64,000 nt of DNA from Callorhinchus milii (lineage: Eukaryota): positions 56,298,001 through 56,362,000 of the forward strand of contig NW_024704742.1 of the NCBI RefSeq assembly GCF_018977255.1. Reading direction: 5' to 3'. Shown piece after piece: positions 52,772 to 61,599 of the stretch. Every line of letters begins with the position of its first letter. Positions within the stretch are counted from its first letter, which is position 1. The notes beneath the pieces were generated by a model, which was not told the DNA's origin, made no database searches, and worked only from the letters and a program-made list of their open reading frames with translations. Both the position numbers and the translations under genes were made by a program.

Positions 52772-52941
52772 ATTTTCAGACCAAATACAGCTGAGAAGGT
52801 GGATTGTTGTTCCAGCATAATTAAATAGATTTAATTATTCCAACTGTTAAAACAACTTTAATCTTTTCAGTAAGCAATGTACTAGTCTTTTATGATGGGA
52901 ACTGACGTCTTATATTTCCTTCTCTGCTAAATTGCCTCATT
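52772..52941 (-). pseudogene. Exon, repeat 2 (..PS*KTSTLLTEKIK..KSI*LCWNNNP..)
   Basis: Acceptor tgttctgttgctag; resembles PKT..L..E.I..AKTIVWNGP; stops present; 3' edge uncertain. Confidence 0.5.
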
Positions 52942-53399
52942 CTAGCAACAGAACATGCTTGAAGAAAGCTTAAGCCAACACAATGAACTTTGCTAGTGTT
53001 TCATGCTCAATTTCATATATCAACATTTTGCACAGCAATTAGTTCTTTATTCTGAACAGTGTGCTTTTTATTTAAATAAACTAAAATTGTTTGAATTTAT
53101 TAATAATAATTTGCATTTCTTATATTGCCTTTTACATCAGGAGGCTGTTTCTAGGAATTTCAGGGGATTCACTGTAAAATGTAGTGACTGTGTATTTTTG
53201 TAGGTGAAGATTATGCAAATTCTTCAACAGGCTATCTCCATGATATCTGCATGAGCCCGCAAACTGCTGATCAGTCTGCAGAGATGCACATTTGCATGGG
53301 CCACCTGGTTCTATATATTTCCAGTTCTTAAATGATGATGTGTTACTAAAAATACATTACTTATGGTAACCTAAGAGACAAAATTGTAAGGCTAAAGAT

Positions 53400-54552
53400 C
53401 ACCCATTCTATCCTCCTCCGCCACCTCTACTCTCAACTCAACCTCATGTTCCTATCCTTGACTAGTTTACCTTTAGCACCATCTCCACTTTGTCTCCATG
53501 AGCAGCTTCTCCTCTAGCCCCTGCATCGTCTTATGCAGCATTGCTCAGTACTCAGGAGTACTTGGTCCACTCCTCTTCAACATCTACATGCTCCATCTTG
53601 GTGACATCATCCGCAGACATGGAGTCAACTTCCAAATGTGTGCAGATGACACCCAACTCCATCTCTCTAAATGCACCCTCGACTCCAGGACCAATGCTGT
53701 CCTGACATAATGTCTTTCAGACATCAAGTGCTGGATGAGAACTAACTTTGTACAGTTGGACATCAGCAAGTCCGAGGCTCTCCTGATTGGCTCCCATCAG
53801 CGCCCCCACACCTCAGGCATTGACAGCATCACCATCTATGGTTGCACACTCCACCTCACTGAGCCAGACCGGAACCTTGGCATCATGTTTGACCCTCAAC
53901 TGTCCTTTCTATCCCACATCTGTGCCATGACCCACTCTGCCCTCCCCCACCTCCGCAATGTCGCCCGGCTTCACCACTCCATCTCCCCTCAGGTCAACAA
54001 GACCCTCATCCATGCATTTGTTACATCTAGGTTCGACTCCAAGTCCCTGCTTGTCGGCCTTTCCAACTCTTCCCTCCACAAGTTGCAGATCATCCAAAAC
54101 TCTGCAGCTCATGACCTCTCCCACACTAGACTCTGTGACCCTATCACCTCCACCCTATTCTACCGCTATGCCACTCCTCTCATCTCAACCTTCATGGTAA
54201 CAAATTGCCATATTGACTCATCCAGTCCCTTGATTCAGCTTTCTGTTCCACATCCCCCACTCAGCCTACCCCACCATCGGCAGTCGAGCCTTCAGCATCT
54301 CTTCCCTTACACTTTGGAACTTCATCTCACAGTCCCTTCATCTTGTTCCCTCACTCGCCTCCTTCAAGGCACGTATCAAGACCCTCTTCTTTGACTGCGC
54401 CTTCAGTCACCCTTCTACCCTTACCCTCTCTGCTCCCAACCCCTTGTAATCCCAACCCCCTGCTCGTGTCCAAATCCCTGACTGTCCAGCTCCTTGGGAT
54501 GTCTTCCAGACGTGAAAGTTCTTTTACAAATGTAATTTATGTTGTTGTTGTC
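53400..54552 (+). mobile_element. L2 LINE 3' fragment
   Basis: [30 protein letters not shown]; tail. Confidence 0.9.
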
Positions 54553-54984
54553 TTATAAATGAGTGCAGAATTTAACAGTGATCAAAATTCTGTCGAATTT
54601 ACAAGACTTAAGACAATAGTCTTAAAGAAATTAAAACATTTTAGCCTTCCTATTCACTTTCCGTCATTTTTTTAAATTTGAAATTACTTTTTCCTATTTT
54701 CTTCTTATTTTTCCTACTTTCGATTCATATAAATCTGTGTTGCCATATTAAATTCTGTTGTTCTTTTAGCTCCCACTGCCCATTTTGGTAAAAAAAATCC
54801 TTTAACAGTAATTTTCATTGGGTGAAGAATGTCATAACAGGTCTGGTTTGCCATTACTGAAAACCTAAAGATCGATGATTGACAAGGTCAGATCCATGAT
54901 ATGATCCGAGCAACCTCTGCCATGAGTCAATGAGGGAATAGTAACTGTCAAAGTACAAACATGGCTATCATGCTCTAATAGCTA

Positions 54985-55320
54985 AGAAAGGTTTTGATAA
55001 AGTTAACAGAAATAGGCTTTTCCCACTGGTTGGGGAGTTCGTAATGAGGAGATATAAACGTAAGTTAGCGACTAGGGGATTGAAAAGAGAATTTAGGAAT
55101 ATCAACTTCATGCAAAGGGTAGTGAGATTGTGGAATTCGCTGCATGAAGCGATGATTGAATCAGCATTCAAGAGGAAGACAAACCTTCACATGAGGGAGA
55201 TGGGAATAGGAGGATATGTGAGGCAGCAAGGAATGGGTGAGGACTTGTGTGGAGTATGAACTCCAGCATAAATTGGTTGGGGCAATTGGCCTATTTCCAA
55301 GCTGTACATAGTTTGTAAAT
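54985..55320 (+). mobile_element. CR1 3' end
   Basis: FMQRVVRLWNSL. Confidence 0.75.
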
Positions 55321-55789
55321 CTAGCTGTTCTACAGGAGGAGAACGACAGAAGTCATAGGCCCTCTATGTCACAGGGCAACACCATGCAGCCCTCTCCAAC
55401 TTACCCACAAGTATTGGAAGCATTTGGACCAGCTATTGTATGAAGTATATGGAGGAGTCTCAACTCTTCACTGTCAAATATTCACAGGGACACATGACAT
55501 GTATACCACTTGTTCTCTTGATCCTGTCACACCCACCTTCCTGCTCATCCATAAACCTAAATCAAGGGACAAGCTAACCCATCCAGTTAGTTATATCACT
55601 TAATGTACCCAGCTAAGTAAGACTTTCAATACTTGTCTCTATAACATCTTATATATAAAACAATCCTTGCATTTGATATAGATGTTTTTCATATCAAGAG
55701 GATGTCTCAAGGTGCTTCACAGAATTTATTGTAAAGGATTTACACGTAATCTGATTTGCAACATATCACCTTAATATTATTCAACCAGT

Positions 55790-56120
55790 TGCAATAACAA
55801 CAACAAATCACACTTGTATAGCGCCTTTCACATCAGGAGGAAATCCCAAGGCACTGGACAGTCAGGAATCTGCACCCGAGCTGGTAGTTGGGATCAAGAG
55901 GGGTGGAGGATGGGGTGGGTAGACGTAAGAGGGGGACCAAAGGCATGGTCAAAGAGGAGGGTCTTAAGCTGGGTCTTGAAGGAGGCAAGGAAGGGGAAGA
56001 GGTGAAGTGACTGTGGAATGGAATTCCAGAAGGTGATGGCAGAGAGGCTGAAGGCCCACCAGCCAATGGTGTGGCGGGCAAGCTGGGTGACATGAAGCAG
56101 GCTGAGATAAGAAGCGAGAG
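55790..56120 (-). mobile_element. L2 3' fragment
   Basis: FWNSIPQSL..SFKTQLKTLLF; tail. Confidence 0.85.
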
Positions 56121-56184
56121 ACACTTAGTCATCTCTCAAAAAGGTAGCATTCATACTTGGTTCACAAAATCTGCAATTAAATAC

Positions 56185-56355
56185 CTTGTATTCATTGATG
56201 CCTGTTGATTCTATTGTTATTGCTTTGTATAAATTCCCTGAAATAAATTTGATGATACAAAGCATTTGTAAGTACAGCATTAGTGGAACAGGAAACAAGC
56301 CAACAATCAGATTTGTTATGGTGATCTTTGCTGTGACATGTTCATACATGAGACA
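56185..56355 (-). pseudogene. Exon, repeat 2 (CLMYEHVTAKITITNLIVGLFPVPLMLYLQMLCIIKFISGNLYKAITIESTGINEYK)
   Basis: Acceptor cctacttttactag, donor AAG|gtattt; 171 nt fully open, phase 0 to 0; NLIVG ~ (N/E)(L/M)IIG and YLQML..LY ~ FLKVL..LF. Confidence 0.72.
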
Positions 56356-56530
56356 CTAGTAAAAGTAGGTACAAATCATACCTAATTGCAAGCCAAATAA
56401 CAGTGTGGGTATTCCTTATATAAATATACCTTGTTTCAGAATGTGATGAAATGCATTCTGTCAAGAGATAGAACCTTCATGTGCCAAAGTGTCCGAAAAA
56501 TCTTGGGTCTTATTGAAATAAATCTCTATT

Positions 56531-56851
56531 ATAATAATAATAATCCTTGCATTTGATATAGCGCTTTTCATGTCGAGAGGACATCCCAAAGCGCTTCACA
56601 GAACACACTGTAAAGTGAATTGACTGTATATTTGTGGGCGAACGCGGCAGCCAATTGCGCATAGCAATGTCCCACAAACAGTCGTAGATTGAAAATGACC
56701 AATTTTTATTATTGATTTTGGTTTTGGAGGGATTATTATTAGGCTCTGTGTGGAGTAAGGAAACTTGCCTAAGGTTTCGCCCTGCCTGGAATTGAACTCA
56801 GGTCTCTTGCTTGCAAAGCGAGTGCTCTAACCACCTAGCTACAGGACTCCA
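56531..56851 (-). mobile_element. Young full-length SINE
   Basis: Near-identical to the other young copies; TSD ctctatt (56524-56530 and 56852-56858). Confidence 0.95.
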
Positions 56852-57856
56852 CTCTATTCTAGTTGAATGAAATTGTTTTACTCTCCTGGCAACACCAAGT
56901 TATTCTTATCATTCCATTAGGCATAATGTTCTTGCTGATTGTTTAATACACCACACATCATTAGACAGTTCTGTCAGTGCTTGGACGTTCTTTTGTGCCT
57001 CAGGTCAGAAATCTAACCTTGTGTCGCCTGAATGGATTGAGTCGGTATATTGCTGCAGCAGTTATATCAAACCAGAAAGGACAGCACATATCTAAAGTGT
57101 AATGTCTCCTTTCTTTTTTAAGTGTAAAAACAGCTATTGTAAATGTTTTACAGTTTGTAACAAAGATTCTTGTGGGCTACTTGGGAGTTGACATGAATAT
57201 ACTCAACCCAACATATCCAATCTTACTCCATTTAAAAAAAGTTCAGAGAGTCTTCCCATTTCAGCATCATGTGTCTCTTAAACAAATCCAGCAACCTGAC
57301 ATCAATCACTCATTTTGGTATTTTGTTGATAAGCTTAGGTATAAAGAAACAATTCCCAGTGTCTGTGCTAAGCTTCTTCTTCACATCACTGAACCTGTGA
57401 TGTCTGGTGTTATTGCTTTGGCGTATCTGTAAGTATTTTTTCTGGGTTACTTTCTTTATAGTATCTACTATACCACAATAAAGTCCCAACAAGACCTAGA
57501 AATATAATGTCGATCCTTGACCAGGGCTACTTTTTCTTCAACTTTGCCACATTGCTCATGTTGTCTTACACCATCAAAATCCTCATTCACACCTTTCTTC
57601 TCTCAACTAGACTTTTCCAAATCACTCCTAATCAGTCTCCATAGTTTCATCATCCAAAAGTTCCAGCTGCAGAAAGAATGATTAACAACAACTTGCATTT
57701 ACATAGTGTCCTTCACATGTGATAGTATCTTGGAGAGCTGAAAAGATTTGCCAAGAACTCATAAACTGGAGGAACAAACTTGCTGACTGACCTATTCCTA
57801 TCTACCTTTGACCTGCGTTCATATAACTGGACATCATTGTAAAGAGAAGCTCTTAC

Positions 57857-58063
57857 TTGCCTTAACAGGGGAGTGAGAAACTTGGAAGAAGCAAACAAAT
57901 AACATATGTTTTCTGCACCAAAGAACTGAAAATAAAGAATCTTCTGGTTGCACCCTGAAGAAGTTGACAGTTGCGTAAAACCAATGCAAAATTATCCCTG
58001 TTACTAAGTGCATAAAGCTATCACCAAGCACCAAAAACAGACACACAAAACATCCCTGGTGTT
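57857..58063 (-). pseudogene. Exon, repeat 2 (..LVTGIILHWFYATVNFFRVQPEDSLFSVL / GAENICYLFASSKFLTPLLRQ); probable 1-nt frameshift at about 57920-57922
   Basis: Acceptor tttctgcatttag, donor CAA|gtaag; gapless match to GFLMKKE..SPERPFLAIL; removing one T restores SVLGA and phase 0. Confidence 0.68.
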
Positions 58064-58104
58064 CTAAATGCAGAAATGCAGCTTGGCATATCAAATTAAT
58101 TTAA

Positions 58105-58560
58105 GAGGGAAGCTGGCAGGGTTTAAGAAATGAAAGCCAGAAGTGAGATGTTGGCAGGAGCTGAGGAGGATGGCTATCATTTTGTCCTTGTTTAGCTGAA
58201 AAAATCTGTAGGTCATCCAGAACTTGATGTCTGACTGACAGCAATCTGAACATCAATGGACCTGGAATATGGAGTGGAAACAAAATTGTGTAAATTAACC
58301 CCATAGTTGCGAATTATGTCACCAAGAGGGAGCACGTAGATGAAGAAAAGCACCGAGTGTGAAGCCCTGGGGTGCCCCATGGTTGACTGTGTGAGAATGA
58401 GAGAAGTAGCCATTGGAAGAAGTGGAGCTGATGGGCTATGTAGGATGGGAGCCAGAAACTTTCAGTCCCATGTTGGTACATGACAGAGAGGAGAAGTGAT
58501 CATGGCGGGTAGAATGGTCAACAGTATAGAAAGCCACATTAATTGATCCAAGAAAAGTGA
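58105..58560 (-). mobile_element. Old L2 RT fragment
   Basis: [25 protein letters not shown]. Confidence 0.75.
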
Positions 58561-58647
58561 GTGCTGAGCTCTGGCACATGTGTTTTATCTCAACACTGTA
58601 GAATCCACTTTCAGTGGATTGTTTCAAGATCGAAACAATTGTAATAC

Positions 58648-59170
58648 ATTAGAATTGTATTGAACTTTCAAATGAGAATGTTTCAGTCACTTAGGTTAAT
58701 TTCAGGATTTGACTGGTGACTGGAGCATCGTTGCAAACTTTACAACCTATGTCATGGATATTATTTACAATACATAGATGAATCATTTACAATCTTTTAT
58801 AACAAAATAATTTGACATTAATGTCTTTTGTATAAGGATGAATAAATGTTTCAACAAGAGCTATCCGAAAAGTCAGCCAATAAAAGTTCTGCATGTTTTA
58901 TGCCAGAACACATTACGAATATAAGCCTGATTATGTGTCCATAAATTGCTTGAATCTTGAGTTAGAAGTTCCAACTCTACCAAATATTAAAACCATTACT
59001 TCAAATCCAATGCTGATAGATTTGATTTAAAATACTTTGTTACAAGATCCAAGGACAGCAGCATATACATATTACTTTACTATTCTAGCCTGCACTGACC
59101 CAAAACAAGTATGTTTTAATAATGATTTGATAAAAGCAGGATCTTTTACAACATGATGAGAAAGTTAATT
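58648..59170 (-). pseudogene. Heavily degraded exonic block, junction of repeats 1 and 2 and N-terminal part of repeat 2; boundaries unclear
   Basis: VVKDPAFIKSL.. and IQAIYGHIIRLIFVMCS pieces at the expected position; several frames and stops. Confidence 0.3.
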
Positions 59171-59462
59171 AAGGTTTAAGATTTAAATGATCAATTGCCT
59201 TATGAAAGATTACAAATGAATGAAGAACTCAGTGCAGAAGACTGTTAAACTGTGGAATGTTGTGAGATGCAAATGGCTATCGAGTTAAAAGGGAATTGGA
59301 TTATGTTATTGAGTATTTATGTTCTTGAAAAAAATAATCTTAAACGTTATGGAAAAGGAGCAAAGGAACAAGATGAAATAGTGGAGGAGTTAGCACCAGC
59401 ATAGAAGTCATGGACTGAATGACCTCCTTTGCTGTAAATGTTCTTTTGATCAGATATCAGAG

Positions 59463-59795
59463 ATACAACAACAACAAATCATCAGCAGGATGTCTCAAGG
59501 TGTAAATTAACCCCATATTTGCGAATTATGACACCAAGAGGGAGCACAGTGAGGGATCCACACCTGAGCTGGTGGATGGGATCAGGCGGGTTGGAAGGCG
59601 GGGAGGGTAGGGGTAGGAGATTGAACAAAGGCACAGTCGAAAAGGAGCGTCTTAAGATGGGTCTTGAATGAGGCAAGGGAGGGGATGAGCCAGAGGGACT
59701 ATGGGATGGAGTTCGAGAGGGAGTGGCAGAGAGGCTGAAGGCCTACCCACCAATGGTGGAGTGGGGAAGGCAGCGTGGAGCGGGGAGGTGGGGTA
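59463..59795 (-). mobile_element. L2 3' fragment containing a 48-bp templated insert
   Basis: L2 tail and LWNS-type region on minus strand. Confidence 0.8.
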
Positions 59796-59805
59796 AATTA
59801 GACAC

Positions 59806-59954
59806 TTCCCAAGAAACATGTACAGTGCAGGAGCAATAACAACCTTCATCTTCAATCTTAGTTTCTGCAATTTACTGCAAAACAGTTGTTGCACAGACAC
59901 AAGTCATTTCTGTTTGTCCTTTGTCCTTCATCAATATCAGAAAAAGATTGCCCC
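59806..59954 (-). pseudogene. Exon, repeat 1 (GGNLFLILMKDKGQTEMTCVCATTVLQ*IAETKIEDEGCYCSCTVHVSWE)
   Basis: Acceptor ctttgcatgctgtag; phase 1 start matches previous exon; AETKIEDEGCYCS....SWE gapless to AKWNTEDKVSHVS....SLE. Confidence 0.6.
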
Positions 59955-60328
59955 CTACAGCATGCAAAGTTTCTGAGTATAAAGTAGGACTTAGTTTAAT
60001 GCAGATTTTTCACACATCATATTTTGCATGAAGTTATAGATCCAATTGAACATTCATGGGAACCAACATTGATTTTTGGGCTCTTTACTTCCATATTATG
60101 GAAGACAAGAAATCAGTGCTTTCATCTGGGAAGAAGCAAAAATATTAAATGGAAGTAGGTAATTTCTTTACTATATGATAAAATAAACATGTTGTTTCAT
60201 TGTTTATTGTAGAAGAGGAACATGTTGTTTTTCTCGATTCACAGACGTTGTTTGTCACCACATCACACACTGCAGCCAGAACCAGTATGTAATCAAAAAG
60301 GACAAAAGCAATTAGAGTCGCCTGTTAC

Positions 60329-60506
60329 CTTTCAAACCTTTCTTAAAGGGTCTTAAAATAAAGATAACTACCATTGGATGTTGGAGTCCTTTCCAAAATA
60401 AAACCAGAAAAGGTTACTTGAGGTCACAATAAATTACACGTACATCTGCACGCCCTGCTATTAACTGGATAGGTAATAGTTTGATGGTGGTAACTACAAG
60501 GTGTCT
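60329..60506 (-). pseudogene. Exon, repeat 1 (..TTIKLL..K*PFLVLFWKGLQHPMVVIFILRPFKKGLK)
   Basis: Donor AAG|gtaaca; best PGK-like match in the window (I.WNGPMGVFE..PFAKGTK); alternative acceptor at 60493. Confidence 0.72.
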
Positions 60507-60596
60507 CTTTGCATAAAAGGCTTATATAATTGTGAGTTGTTATTGGTCATTCAAGCCAAATCCATAACGCAGCATGTTAGAATAATCATGACGTAC

Positions 60597-60712
60597 ATTG
60601 TTCTGTATGCAAACCACCAATTTGCTCCATTATGGAAGTCCATCTCTTTGTGTTCCTGGAAGCTATTTTCTGGTTGAATTTTTTTCCCTTTTCAGTTGCT
60701 GTGCAAAATTAT
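60597..60712 (-). pseudogene. Exon, repeat 1 (NFAQQLKREKNSTRK*LPGTQRDGLP*WSKLVVCIQNN)
   Basis: Acceptor tgtcacttaattag, donor |gtacgt; GLP*W ~ GIP..W. Confidence 0.5.
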
Positions 60713-60990
60713 CTAATTAAGTGACAAGGTCTTAGAATGGAAGGCTAAAAGACAAATGATAAGTGCTTTTATCATACATCAAGATAGGGAAAGCGCAATA
60801 ATCAACAACAAAATGGATGATGGAATTGTATGAAGTACAGGCAAGTCAACAGGAACAGAGAAAATCTCCCTTAATTGATAGTCATCTATTGTACAGCTCA
60901 TATGGGATATTATGATATGAACCACAAATTTCTCCAATTCTGATTAACAGGTGGGGCAGGCTAGAATCAATAGGGTTATGCTCCACTCAC

Positions 60991-61090
60991 TGTCATGTTT
61001 TTCAGTCTTTGTGATGCACGCTTATAATGTGTTCTTCAATGTTATGCTCTGGTAAATCTGCTGACATTTAAAGTGAAGTTTAGCACGAAA
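60991..61090 (-). pseudogene. Exon, repeat 1 (FRAKLHFKCQQIYQSITLKNTL*ACITKTEKHD)
   Basis: Donor |gtgagt; phase 0 to 1 fits both neighbours; KTEKHD ~ KAEKNG. Confidence 0.5.
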
Positions 61091-61167
61091 CTCATCGGAT
61101 AAAGTAACAAGTGAATAAAGTTGGATAAAGTATTAAACTAAATAAAGTATTAAAGTGAATTAATCAC

Positions 61168-61265
61168 TGGAGGAGAATAATATGAGCCAGCCACCAAAGG
61201 TCAATTAGATAACATCCAATGCTTTTGAAGGCATTTTGCTGCTTCTTAATCAGCTAATTTAATGG
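61168..61265 (-). pseudogene. Exon, repeat 1 (IKLAD*EAAKCLQKHWMLSN*PLVAGSYYSPP)
   Basis: Acceptor aattttatattgcag; IKLAD* ~ AKVADK (TAA is one change from AAA); N*PLVAG ~ NEMIIGG. Confidence 0.55.
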
Positions 61266-61599
61266 CTGCAATATAAAATTTTAAGTTTTACCACAGAATT
61301 GATATGAGGTGATTTGAATGAATGTATATAACATGACATGTTGTCACATTTAATGAGGATAAATAGAACATTGAGCAATGCGTGACAGTGCCTTTCACAC
61401 AAGGGAACCTTTACTTCAGAAGCCATTCAATTATTAACCAACATTCTGCAGTTTCGGATTTAATGAATACATTTAAAGGATTTTTTAAAAAAAAACATAT
61501 ATTACCATGATTACCAACAGAGATGTTTTATGCTCTTAGATGTGTATTTTGGTATGACATTTTTCTTAACTGTTGACATTACTATAAAGGATTAAAATG

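Larger units (their letters stand above)
129..61265 (-). pseudogene. Large multi-exon gene, probably pseudogenised, encoding about five tandem divergent phosphoglycerate-kinase-like domains; incomplete in window
   Basis: About 30 segments with AG/GT boundaries on the minus strand, mostly phase-compatible. Translations follow PGK motif order repeatedly (e.g. IKLAD*, VLFWKG..PMVVIF..PFKKGLK, NLIVG, LKYILDH, NANQLIIMG, LSLALL..LPLV, VFHENI, DTVSEQMK, LPIFASL). Multiple in-frame stops and frameshifts. By-eye alignment to remembered PGK. Confidence 0.72.

Noticed and set aside
53200..55550. Additional Harbinger N-terminal fragments at about 53.2-53.3 kb and 55.4-55.5 kb, and a possible exon at about 54.8-54.94 kb
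   Set aside because: Similarity too weak to list as features.
129..57925. Assignment of the exons to GREB1/GREB1L or DNAAF9 (C20orf194)
   Set aside because: Only isolated short resemblances; order and spacing do not fit, whereas the PGK motif order does.
59652..59900. ORF peptide LQKLRLKMKVVIAP as a PGK N-terminus
   Set aside because: A different frame is phase-consistent with the preceding exon and matches the expected next PGK segment. This shows the overfitting risk of by-eye matches.
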